The notes under the pieces: generated by a model
What the model saw: only the letters and a program-made list of their open reading frames with translations
The model's database searches: none
Told to the model about the DNA's origin: nothing
Program-made: the position numbers and the translations under genes
Source of the DNA: Chiloscyllium plagiosum
Lineage: Eukaryota
Reading direction: 5' to 3'
Assembly (NCBI RefSeq): GCF_004010195.1
Contig: NC_057718.1
Span: 51,107,941-51,171,940, forward strand
DNA length: 64,000 nucleotides
Part shown: piece after piece, positions 51,672 through 63,998 of the stretch
Numbering within the stretch: the stretch's first letter is position 1
How the letters are laid out: each line of letters opens with the position of its first letter

Positions 51672-52660
51672 CTCTTATTGAGATAGGCTTCCCCAAATGG
51701 TTCTACCAGAATCAAGCACAAATATGAAGTTAGCAGTTAATAATATATTTGTAGTAGACTGAGAAAGTCACTTCTGAATCCTCCAGGGGAGAATTAATTA
51801 TCACCTTCCTGCACTTCTGCTCCTACTTATTCCATGGCTTCCACAATGTGTCCCTCATTTCCTGATACTTCATTAGCACCAATCCAAAATATTGCCTCCT
51901 GCCCTTCGCTCAATGTGTTTAGCCAACATCTAAGCCTTCTGCTGCTGTTAAATACTTTTTGCTCTTTCGTTGTATAATTATTACACCTACTTCTTTACTC
52001 TGCATGCCCATATTTTACCCAACTTACTCACAATATTTATTAAGATATCAACACTAGAGTAAGCCAACTTCCAAGTAATAGCTACAAAGCAGCTACAGCA
52101 CGTTCCACAGTGTCATCCAACCACTCCTTTCCAGAGTTTCTCCATGCCGTGCCATCAACATTGCAATATTCTCACAACTCAAAATTACTCCTCTGCTGCT
52201 ATCATTCCCCAGTGATTTCTCCCACCACATCCTCAAACTTAATATACCCCTCCCAGTATGACAGACAATGAAAATCTCTTCTCAACTCCTTGCAAAATTA
52301 GGCTGTCTTGCTGAATTCCAAATTTATTAGAAATTTTATAGAGTATTGTCCATATGTCATTTTGATGGTACATGAACAATTCAGCATATGTGGAATTATG
52401 AGCATAAAAGATAATGCACTATTCGATAAACAGAGCAGTGAAGCAGGAGTATGTCCAATCAATGCACTACCTAAAATCACCCTGCTCGAATCAATATCTT
52501 CCACCCACCGTGATGTGCCTGAAATATTCCATGGCTTATCAACTTCCTTGCTACTTTGCACCCTGACACCTTTCCCACTTGGTATCCTATTTACCTACTG
52601 ACTTGGTACTTTGTCCTCCATTCATTTGGCACCCTACATAGCCAGTTCACCAGGTATTAG

Positions 52661-52889
52661 ACAGTAAGGTCTGCAGATGCTGGAGATCGGAGTTGAGAGT
52701 TTGTTGCTGTAAAAGCACAGCAGGTCTGGCAGCATCCAGGTGCCGGAAAATCAACGTTTTAGGCCAGAGCTGTTCATCAGGAAGGGCTGTGGAATTCTCC
52801 TCATGAAGGGCTCTGGCCCAAAATGTTGATTTCCCTGCTCCTCAGATGCTGCCTGACCTGCTGTGCTTTTCCAGCAACACACACTCAAC
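52661..52889. mobile_element. Fold-back pLTR element with two decayed HHRs (stem II GGGC-tctg-GCCC)
   Basis: Inverted arms about 52692-52782 and 52798-52889; same tail as the 46411 and 51497 elements. Confidence 0.82.
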
Positions 52890-53099
52890 AATTCACCTGA
52901 CACCCTACTTATCTGGTACCATTCCCCTACTGGCCTGGCATTTATCTGCTGGGCACTTTATTCCCTAGCTTGTGCTTTAATTTCACACATTTTGTGCATA
53001 CCCTGTCACAAGAGCTGTAAAAATGACTGCCAATAATACTTAAACTTTAAATCATAGAATACAGCAGCTGACTGTACAAGCTCATGAAATGCATGGGTG

Positions 53100-53630
53100 A
53101 ATGCACTCAGCCTTTTTCCCAGGATTTGGGAATCAAGGACTAGAAGGATTTAGTTTAAGGTTAGAGGATAAAGAATAAAAGGGAACCCGGGGGGGGGGGG
53201 GAGAACGCTTTACACAGAGGGTGGTTTGCACATGGAATGAGACAAGAAAACTGCAGATGCTGGAATCCAAGGTAGACAAGCAGGAGGCTGGAAGAACACA
53301 CCAAGCCAGGCATCTTCAGGAGGTGGAGAAGTCAACATTTTGGGTGTAACCCTTCTTCAGGATTTGAGTTCTCCACCTCCTGATGCTGCCTGCTTGTCTA
53401 CACATTTGGACTGAGCTGCCAGTGGAAATGGTTGAGGGGTACATTCACAACATTTAAGAGGCAATTGGACAAATACAAGGATAGAAAAGGTATAGAAGGA
53501 TAGAGGCAGGGAAGTGGGGTTAGCGTGGATGGACATTTTGGTCGGCATGGACTAGTTTGGGCCAATAGGTCTGTCTCCATGCAGTAGGACTCCATGACTC
53601 TGTGACTGTATGACTCCATGACTGTATAAC
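53100..53630 (+). mobile_element. CR1 3' fragment interrupted by a pLTR fold-back
   Basis: ttacacagagggtggt..catggaatga | insertion | gagctgccagtggaa..catttaagaggcaattgga; (gactccat)n-like tail. Confidence 0.8.
53242..53400. mobile_element. Fold-back pLTR element with decayed HHR (stem II GGGT-tac-ACCC, minus strand 53331-53363)
   Basis: tcaggaggtggagaa mirrored by ttctccacctcctga; flanks cacatggaatgag / cacatttggactgag resemble a decayed TSD. Confidence 0.72.
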
Positions 53631-54374
53631 TGCTGTGAACAAGTTGCCTTGCCTTGACTGTTCCGTACTATGTCGGGCCGGTCAGGATGAATGCACGGCT
53701 CCTCATTTCTGAAAGAGGCCTCGTCAGAATCCTTACCAGAAACTCAGAGCTCTTTTACTATGTAAAAACTCAATGGAGTAGCTATCTTCATGAAATTGCC
53801 ACTCCTTGTAAAACCTGGCCCATAACCTTAAATTAATATGCCCTTGTCAAAATGACATATTTTTATTTAATTCACTCACTCTCAATTTGTAGATTAGATT
53901 AAAATTGACTGCTCTCTTTTCAGTTATATTGTATTCTTATTTGGTATTAGAAGTAGTTCTAACTTACCTTTTAAACTTTGTACCTTAGCCTTAATTTTAA
54001 TTATGCATATGTTAGGGCTGTTAGTTATTATCCAATATGAAAAAATGTTTTAGCTTTTGCAATTATCCACAATATGCTCTCCTTAAACAAACTTATATTA
54101 AAAGGAAAATAATGTTAGTGAGGACAATTAATTCCTTTGAAAATATAAAATTAAGGTAGAAGCAGTGAATGAGTTTTCTGCAGATGTCCATGTTTTCCAA
54201 TGTATGCATGCAAGGCTTGCACAGAGCTATGTCTCTTACTTAAAGTTGTGAATTAAGATATTTGTCTATTTGTTCAAATCTGAGAACCAATGAAATGAAA
54301 GACAGACAAGTTCAATGAATGATAAATCATGTACTTTTGTCAGCCGCCAGCACAAGAAGATCCAGTTTTCTCCT

Positions 54375-54675
54375 TAAACTAGAGGATTTAAGGTGAGGGG
54401 GCAAGATTTAAAAGGGACCTAAGGAGTAATGTTTTCACACAGTGGGTGGTGCATGTGTAGAATGAGCTGCCAGAGGAAGTGGTGGAAGATCGTACAATTA
54501 CAGTTAAAAGCCATCTGCATAGGTATATGAATAGGAACGGTTTAGTGGGATGTACACCAAATGATGGTAAATGGAACTAGGTTTATTTAGGATATCTGGG
54601 CAGCATGGATGAGTTGGACAGAAGGGTCTGTTTCCATGCTGTACGTTTCTATGATGCTATGACTATGACACTATG
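54375..54675 (+). mobile_element. CR1 3' end fragment
   Basis: tttaaggtgagggggcaagatttaaaagggacct..aagggtctgtttccatgctgta with an (ctatga)n tail. Confidence 0.85.
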
Positions 54676-57600
54676 TTGGTGCACAACACAGTAAGCAATA
54701 CTGAAATTCAAAATGCCAGATGTTTGGTGTCCATAGCTGAATATATGAGAATGTGGATTTTTTACTGCACAGTGTACTGGACCTCTATGTATGGAAACCC
54801 AAATTAGAGATCATGGGCTTAATACTTCGTTTTCTCTCTCTAGTACCTATGATAATCTAGTGAAGCAGATTGCTTCCTCTTCCCTCCTCCCATTCATCTA
54901 TACAGTAACTATCTGATTTTCATTTCACTTAACTTATAATCAGAAAGGTTCTACAATGCTCAGGAAATCTGCCCCATTCCCTGTTCAGCGATGAAAACAA
55001 GACATGAGCTTGGTTCCAATGAGCAGAGTTTGAATCGTTATTATTTTACTGACCGGTAATGTTGTGTAAGGTTTTTCACTGAGTGGGACAGAGAACTAGT
55101 TATAGGTCAAGTCATTCTCAGCTAGTCATATATTTTCTCATGGCTTGGGAAGCAGCAGCAGAAACAAAAACGCTCATCTGCCAAAGTATAGTGTGCTAGT
55201 TGGAAAGTAAACATTCGGAGCAAAAAAGAAAGAAATATCTATGAAAAAGGAAGCAACAAACATAAAACTGAATAGAAGAAAGCCTATTCTTTCCATGCTC
55301 TTCACCCTCAGTTCCGACCCTGTGCAGGACTTTCTAAAATCATTTCTACCTCTTTCACATAATTCCATGGTCTTGTATTACAGTACTTTCTGCTGAGTCT
55401 TCATTCAGCCCATTACTTCAGTACATGGGAATTAATGACAATATATGTCACAAATCCCATGTTTTTAAAAATAGATATCTTTGCTTTTCATTGATTGTAC
55501 GTTATTCAGCATAAATAATTTCCATGTATCTTAGCTCATGAATACATTTCATGATTTTCAACATACTCGACGCTGCCAATTATCACTGTTTCTACCAGCA
55601 CAGAGAATCTAATTAACTGTAGCCTGTTATCCCTTAGCAACCTCAAGTAAAAAACATGCTCTAAATGACCAAATAACTGTTTGCATATTTCCTGTTGCCT
55701 GCAGAAACAAATTGTGATATAACCACTGTTTCAGCAGGATGTGCTCTATTCCACATCTCCTAGTTGGCATAAGTAATTAGGTAGCAATGCTGTTATGGGT
55801 AGCAGTGTAAATACCTATTAGCAACAGCCATATTAAAAAAAAGTCTCATAAATTTCAGAAAACCTTTAGTTAGTTTCTTTAAATAGAATCTATTTAAATA
55901 ACTTCTGCACTTGTGTCATATCAAAACGCCTAACAGATAATTGTCTATTCCTTGCACTGTCAGTTTTTCTTTACTGTTTTTACTGGGTGCCATCACAAAT
56001 TATGATGCTATACATATTTTCATTCCATCACATACTGATGTAGCAAATAATGAATGCATGGCACAGATTTTGACAAATTGATTCTGCAAAGCATTCTCCC
56101 CATCTAGGAACTTGGGAGATTCAAGATGAAAAAAGACCTAGGTCCACTGAGTTTGTCTTGAACCATCCTTGTAGTCTCATGATACATTGATAATGAAGTT
56201 CTCGGCTAATCATAGCAATCAATCTCCATCAATTAACCTACATTAAGCTCAAACATGACATGAGGAAAACCACTGTGTTGGAGAGCTCTGGGAACAATAG
56301 GTCCAAAGTCATTTGCAGCTACAAAGCAAGCCACATGTATCATATGGCATATTCCAAATGAATGACAAAATTATATCCCAAAATGAATCTATCTGAAATG
56401 CTATTTAATTTGCATTGTGTGAATCTGGAGTTACAATGAACTGCTTTAAGTCCATTTTGAATAGACCTGGATTTAACAATCAAAAGTCAACTGATTTTGC
56501 ACTAAATTTATTAACCAAAGTTCAAGGACAAAACCGTTCTTTTGTAATTTTCATGAATTACAGGCATTATTATTTAATGCAATCGAAAATTATTCTTTTA
56601 CGTCATGTGCCAGATCACCAGAACATATGCAATTACTATTATTGGGAGAGGTCCTTTATTTCTCCATTCCCTTCCTGGGGTCTTTAAAGTTCTTTCTTAC
56701 CCTTCAAGCCACTTTAACCCATTAATCTGTTTCAAAATTGCAGTCTTGCAAGGATGCAATTTTTTAAAGCCAAAAGGTGAACGAGGTGCTACGATAAGAG
56801 TCGGAACAAAAAAAAATGCACACGTCTGATTCAAATTTTCATTTCCGTTTCACCTCTTGCATGTGAGATATCCTAACATAATCACTTCCATTTGAAAGTG
56901 AAGCCAGTTGGAAAATCCAGAAAAAAAAAATCCATTTGAGAAAAGTATAAAATAACAATAAATAATGCATCAAAAAAAAGTTTATCACTTGGCAAGCTGT
57001 ATTCAAAGTTGCCAAAGTTGACAACAAAATTAATGTATATGAGGACATGAGAAGCAATGGGAGTTATAGTTGAATTGATCTATGGTTCTTGACCTGGCAG
57101 AATCAGTCTTCGAATGGAATTAACCATAAATTAATCTGCATTGTTTTAACTTTACATGGGAAATTGTCTACTATTTAATTACAATCAGCTTTTATGAATC
57201 GGAAACCTTCAGTATTTGCCCAAGAATGAACATTTGACCAGACATTCTTCAGCTGGCTGTTATATTAATACGGTTTCGTCTTTTTGAATAAGCAGTTCTA
57301 TTATCATTACTAATCAAACGTTTCTCCTCAAGGTAGTTATGTGGCTAACTGAGTTTTAACAAGTTGGTGCCAAAGATGTCACAATTAAAACCAAGAGGAC
57401 AATATTAGATGAAGGTATGACTTTGCAGTGGATGGTTATACCATGCCCAGTCTCATCAAGACTTGCAGGAGAATGTTGTGCCTCCTGTCATTCAGCTTGA
57501 TTGTATAAAATAGCTCACAATTTTTTATTTGCAAGGGGGTGTGCAGGAGTGCAGGGGTGGCAGGAGTCCCACAAGATACATTTACAGAATGGAATGGGAG

Positions 57601-58083
57601 AAAGCAAGCCAAAAACCAGAGGAGAGGACAACCGACAAGGGGACACTTGTCACACATCTATAAGAGCAAGCACTCTGGAAAGAATGGTGGCTTCCATTAT
57701 GGAACTGACTGTGTCTGAGTTGGCCAGTAGAGAGAACATTCAGGCTGACAATATGTTCCTGTCACATGCACTTTGTTCATTCCAATTTGAGTAATTCTCT
57801 AACTGGCATGAATTGCAAGCTGGGGCAGTAAAGTTGTTGCTTTCCAGCCCAACCATTCTTGCCTCACCTAAACACTTCTCTTTTCATTTTCTATTTTCAG
57901 TACTCAGGAATTGCAGCCTGACCAGACACTGGAACCTCAGTGCGAAGGGTAAGAACAACACTATTCTTTTGATGAAAATGCATTGTCACTTGATCTGACA
58001 TTCATCACCCCCAGCTTAGATACTGGCATTGCACATACGTTACAGAATGATAACAATACTTATTTGAGTCAATGGCAATGAGT

Positions 58084-58357
58084 GGGCTGCACAGTGGTTA
58101 GCACTGCTGCCTCACAGCGCCAGAGACCCGGGTTCAATTCCTGCCTCAGGCGACTGTCTGCGTGGGTTTCCTCCAGGTCCTCCGGTTCCCTCCCACAGTC
58201 CAAAAATGTGCAGGTTAGGTGAATTAGCCATGCTAAATTGCCCGTAGCCTTAGGTGAAGGTGTAAATGTAGGCGAATGGGTCTGGGTGGGTTGCGCTTCA
58301 GCAGGTCGGTGTGGACTTGTTGGGCTGAAGAGCCTGTTTCCACACTGTAAGTAATCT
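58084..58357 (+). mobile_element. HE1/V-type SINE
   Basis: Closely similar to 39515-39820. Confidence 0.92.
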
Positions 58358-59193
58358 AAACTGTTTATTATGCTTACCACAATATTGAGTATATTGGCAG
58401 GCCTTCCAGGATACAAACTGTCAATTTCAAGGAGGATGGAGGAATTTGGTTTTAACTTAGCACAAAGTTTCACACAGAGCTTGGAGCCCATCACATCAAA
58501 CATGGAAGTGGTGGTCAACTCCATAACAGGATTCGCAGCATAAACTGTGTTGAAGGACCCGTGGTCCCAAAGTCCAAGCTGTAAGATTACAGTAGTGGGA
58601 AACTAACATACTATGATGATTAGTTAGTAATCTCATAACTAAACTACATTCATCCATTAATCTAATATTATTGTATTCCATATAACAGGAGTGAATGGAG
58701 ATCTTGACATTCTGACATCCTGTGACTCTGCTTAGCTTCATTTGTCAAATCAGTTGCATCATGGGATAGTGATCAGGGTGAAGACAATAACTAATGTTTA
58801 GAGTTTCGCTTGGAAGACTGAACTAAGTCTGCTTTAACCTCAGGTCCAGATTTCTAAGGTTGAATAAGTCAAAGATAATGCACTCCCAGTTTGTTAGCCC
58901 TAATCAAGAAATCATAACCACAGCTCTGTTCCTGCATTTGTATATTAAAAGTACATCAAATGACCAAATGTAACCTTTGTCTTAGATTTAAATTTATAAT
59001 TATTGACATATCCTGTACAGCAATTTGGAAAAATTACTCTAACTTCTGATTTTCTGTATTAAGGTAATGCAAGGCGTTTGTAAGCATCAATACAACAAAA
59101 TCAAAACAATAGTCAGTGATAAGTAAGTGTCTGATTTAATGGAACTTTGCCAATTAAGCAAGGATTGAGACTTAAGCTTTAGGCTATTTAGGC

Positions 59194-59455
59194 TATCTCT
59201 CCACCCTGCAGGCTCTCCACCTGCAGGGTGGAGAGATAAATGAGAGGAGGGTGGGGGTGGGGAGAAAGTGGTATAGAGTACCTATTGTACTCCATGCTAC
59301 TTTCTCCCCACCCCCACCGTCCTCTCATTTATCTCTCCACCCTGAAGGCATTCTGCCTCTATTCCTGATGAAGGGCTTTTGCCCAAAACATCGATTTTCC
59401 TGCTCCTCGGATGGCTGCCTGAACGCTATGCTTTTCCAGCACCACTCTAATCCAG
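59194..59455 (+). mobile_element. pLTR fragment with a double fold-back 5' part and decayed HHR (CTGATGA at 59365)
   Basis: Arms 59194-59212 / 59220-59238 and 59220-59281 / 59287-59348; GGGC-tttt-GCCC-aaaacatcga core. Confidence 0.8.
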
Positions 59456-59461
59456 AGTTCC

Positions 59462-60800
59462 AAGTCAGGATTGTGTGGAGTTCAGAGAGTACTTGCAAGT
59501 AGTGTGCTGCTTCTACGTATTTGCTTGTCCTTACCGGTGATAGATGTCATTGATTTGGAAGGTGCTGTTAAATCAGTCTTGGTGAGTTGCTGCAGTGCAT
59601 CTTGTAGACAGCACACTCTGATGCTACTGTGCATTGGTAGTGAAGGAAATAAGTGTTGAAATTGCTAGATAAGGATGCCAATCAAACAGACTGCTTTGTC
59701 CTGGGTGGATCAAGCTTAAGTGTTGGCAGACCTACACTCGTCCAAGCAAGTAGACATTATTCCATCATGATCCTGGCTTGTGCCGTGTCAATGATGCACA
59801 TGCCAAGCCTCTGACCTGCTCTTGTTATCACAATATTTGCATGGACTAGTTTAATTTACCTTCTACTGATAGTGCAGCATCGGTGATAGTTATGCCAAGG
59901 TATATCAAGGGGTGATGGTTCAATTTTCTCCAACTGGAGGTGGTTATTGTCTGGCACCTGTGTGGCATGAATGTTTCTTGCCGCTTGTCAACCCAAGCCT
60001 GGGCATTGTCCAGGTCTTGCTGCATTTAAACATCAAAAGAATATCGAAGGCAGTATGAATGGTGTTGAACACTGTGCAATAATCCGTAAACATGACCATG
60101 GGAGGAAACTCATTGATTATTCAAGTGATGATATTTAGTTCTAGAATACTATCCTAAGGAATTTCTGTAGTGATGTCCAGCAACTGAATGACTGATTTTT
60201 AAAAAAATAATCACAACCACCTTTCATTCTTCTAGGTGTGTACCAAGCCTTTGCAGAGTTTTCCCTCAGTTCTCAATGACTCCAATTTTATTAGGGCTCC
60301 TTGATGCTACAATCTGTGAAATGTTGCCTTGATGTCAAGGGTAATAACTCTCACTTCACCTCTCGAGTTCAGCTCTTTTGTCCATGTTTCAACCAAAGCA
60401 ATAATGAGATCAGGAGTTGAGTGGTCCTGCAATAGAAGCATCCGTGAGCAGGTTATTGCTTACCAAGTTTCATTTAATAGCTCTGTCAATGGCCCCTTCC
60501 ATCACTTTGCAGAGAATCATGAGTAGACTGGGGGATATTAATTAGCCAGGTTGGATTTGTCCTGTTTTTTCTGACAAAGGACATACTGAAACACTTCGCC
60601 ACACTGTTAGGTAGATTCCAGTGTTACAGTTGTACTCGAAAGCTTGGCTCGGGGCCCAGCTAACTCTGGAGCAAACGTCTTAAGTACCATTGCCAGAATA
60701 TTATCAGGTTCCATGGTCTTTGCAGTATTCAATGTCTTCAGCTTTTTCTAGGTATCACATAGAGTGATTCACATTGTCTGAAAACTGGCACCTATGATAT
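59462..60800 (-). mobile_element. Degraded non-LTR retrotransposon (CR1-clade RT)
   Basis: The minus strand near 60310-60400 translates to ALVETWTKELNSRGEVRVITLDIKATFHR (LD.K.AFD motif). Confidence 0.75.
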
Positions 60801-62059
60801 TGGAACCTCAGGTGTTTTGCAACCTTCCTGGTAGTAGCATGACTTTCAACGAAGAGACACTTGCCTCAGATGATCAAGTGGAAGAAAAACGCCATGAGCC
60901 AGGTACAAAGTCAACCGTCAACCAGTATTGGGTTCTTCACAATAGGACAAGGGTGACAGGTACAGTTGACTGGTGCAAGATGAATGTGCTATGGGTACAG
61001 CCAGAATAACAGGCACTGATTAACAGGATTCTATTGGCATCTTGTCTCACTAACTATACATTAATAGATGGATTTTTTACAGAAATGCAACATCTCCCGA
61101 TTAATGTTTTGTACCCACAAAGCCATGTGTGTGCACTTGATTTTACAATGATCAACTGGGAATCCCATTCATAGAAAAAATGATGCTGCCAATCTCAAAT
61201 AAAAACAACACTGTGGGAAGTACTCAGTAGGTTAGTCACTGTCTTTGAAATGAAGCAAACCTTTCAGATCAATGACCTCTCAGCCTCATTGTTTGAATTT
61301 GCTTGTCAGTTGATCATGCTCACAGTAAAGCAACCCCAACTGGATTTATTGCTCCAACTCCTTTTCAGACTACTGAACCATAGGGTGATTCATGAGAGTA
61401 ACTTTTATTTTACTTTCATATAATAACTAACATTTGCATTTCAGCAAGAAACTCAATTCAGCAAGATTATCTGAGAAACTTAAAGCAGCTTTGTTGTTTA
61501 GTTGACTGTTTATGCATTTACTCAGCTCTGGCCTTTTAAGGTGGTTATTATCAGCTTAGAACAACGGTTCTACAAGCATATTAATAATTAGGTAGATCAA
61601 AATTTCTAACACTTGTCAGCATTAAGATGACAAATTATCTTCTACTGTGTGTGTGGCCTCATTCATTTCCTTTTTGCAGGAATGGATGATGAACAGGGAG
61701 ACATTGTTCATGTTGTTTGCTCCAATCTGGAAAGATCCACTGGAATAGAAATTTAACATGTTCAGCTGTGATTGAAAGGGAGAAAGGATTAAAGGGCTTG
61801 CATGATCCAAAATGTCACCAAATCAGTGTTAGAGATTGTTGCCATCACAACATTCCCAATCTGCATACTTCCAATGCATAACCCTCACTGTAAGAATACG
61901 ATGCGTGGTCCATGTCTGAAGTGACTAGACATGTCTGACCAACATTTCAGAGTTCTGAGTTGAAGTGACATTGGCAACAGCTGTGCTACGGAACTGTATT
62001 TCACAGCCCAAAAATTTAACAAGGCATGTTTTTGTACATAAACCAGCATGTGATTTGTA

Positions 62060-62144
62060 CCAAAATCAAATTGCTGGAGAAACTCAGCCATGTGTGGCAA
62101 AAATGCAGAATTAATGTTTCAGGTCCAGTAACCTTTCTTCAGAG
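62060..62144 (-). mobile_element. pLTR fragment with decayed HHR, same family as 44443-44480
   Basis: Minus strand reads CTGAAGA-aaggttactggacct-GAAACATT-aatt, then ctgagtttctccagcaa. Confidence 0.65.
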
Positions 62145-63363
62145 GTGATTTGTAATATTTGTAAGATTGCCTCCAACTTTATTTTAAATGTATCTTTATA
62201 TTAATAATAAAGTGAACATAATCAGTATAGACATTTTAAGGAACTCAGTCTGTACCAGATACCTATCTCAGACAATATAGCTTAAAGTACATTCTTGTCA
62301 CACAAGAAATATTGGACAACTTTCAGTTTTTCTGACAGTCAGGCAAATAATATAGTGTGTGTTTTACAACAAAAATGTAGTGTTACAACTTTATGTATTA
62401 CAATGGAAATGTCACATTGCTATTCCCACCCTTTTACCTATGCAGCAGCCATGAAAATCCATTTCTCAGCAGCAGTCCAAATAGTGCTGATTTTGCACAA
62501 AGCATTACCATAATTTATCAATAGTGAGTCCTATTCTGGTGTGAGAATTTTTTTTATTGGGACAAAAGTTCCAGCATTGCTTCTGCAGCAAAATATTAAG
62601 CATGCTCTTATAAATGTTAACACAGAGAGCAAATCATTTGATCAAAATTCCTTAGTCCATTATATTGACATAGAATTCAGACTTACACCTGGATTTAACA
62701 TACTACACCAGGAACATTTTGATTCAACCTTATGCTGAATATTCTATGATTATTAGACCAAATGGTATTGCTATATACCATATTTTATGCTTAATTGAGG
62801 TTCCAAATTGCAGGAACCAGATTATGAGCATATGTATGAATGTGCTCAACAGAGTCCTAGAATTGATCACATCCATGTACTGAAGCAGCCCTGAGCAAGA
62901 GTGTGCCACCAGGATGGATGCTTTCAGTCTGTATATTAAAATTGGGTGTCATCCCCCAGAAAGTGCACTAGCCATTAAATCAATTGACATACTAATCCAC
63001 TTAATAAGCTTTGAACTTCAATGTGGTTGCAAAGATCTGCTATTGGACAGAAGGCAAATCAGCTTTTATGAACCAAACTGCTGCAGAGCTGGTTAATTAG
63101 AGGCAGCGTTACTAAATACAGTGAACCACAAGTATCCTGGATCTATGGCTACCTTTCAACAGCATTTTGAAGTTTCTGGTGAATCAGGAGTAGAATTAAA
63201 TAAAACAATACCACTATTTTTCACAACTAATTTATGGTGTCATACTCCACACCAGTCTTCTGTGTACATTTTAATTAAGGAAATCTGATCAAAGTTTGGG
63301 AGAAGATTTGTAGCTCGGGTGCTCGTTGTTGTGGTTCTGTTCGCCGAGCTGGGAATTTGTGTT

Positions 63364-63402
63364 GCAGACGTTCGTCCCCTGTCTAGGTGACATCCCCAGT
63401 GC
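63364..63402 (-). ncRNA. Mutated minimal HHR motif (third structural family)
   Basis: Minus strand: GCA-CTGGGGA-t-GTCaCCT-agac-AGGgGAC-GA-ACGT-C-TGC; two core deviations (CTGG for CTGA, one A missing), so probably inactive. Confidence 0.6.
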
Positions 63403-63509
63403 TTGGGAGCCTCCTGTGAAGCACTTCTGTAATAATAGTATTGTCCCAGTCGAATTCATGTTGCTTGTCATCTGTGTGTGTGGCTACTAAGGATAGCTAC
63501 TAAGGATAG

Positions 63510-63998
63510 TCCGAACTGACAGCCAGACTACTGAGACCACTAGGACGCATAACAGCACACAAACCAACATCCACTCTCAGACAACAACTCACCAGGATGA
63601 AGGACCCGATAACCAGCATGAGCAAAACCAATGTATTGTACAAAATCCCATGCAAGGACTGTACAAAACACTACATAGGACAAACAGGAAGACAGCTAAC
63701 GATCCACATCCATGAACACCAACTAGCCACGAAACGACACAACCAGCTATCCTTAGTAGCCACACACACAGATGACAAGCAACATGAATTTGACTGGGAC
63801 AACACTATTATTATAGGACAAGCCAAACAGAGAACAGCCAGAGAATTCCTAGAGGTATGGTACTCATCCACAGATTCAATCAATAAGCACATCGATCTGG
63901 ACCCAATATACCGACCACTGCAGCGGACAGCTGGAACTGACAACCGGAAGTGGCAGATTCAAACCATTACAAATGCCGGAGGAAAGATCACAGAAGTG
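63510..63998 (+). CDS. 5'-truncated PLE ORF fragment: GIY-YIG endonuclease domain (open to the window end, absent from the ORF track)
   Basis: Manual translation SELTARLLRPLG..HKPTSTL..NVLYKIPCKDCTKHYIGQTGRQLTIHIHEH..REFLEVW..SIN; no stop in 163 codons. Confidence 0.85.

Noticed and set aside
57436..57794. GC-richer ORFs of 73 and 97 aa
   Set aside because: No motif or convincing splice structure.
61680..61760. Strong-looking acceptor ttcctttttgcag
   Set aside because: Stops soon follow in the frames examined; no donor and no recognisable peptide.
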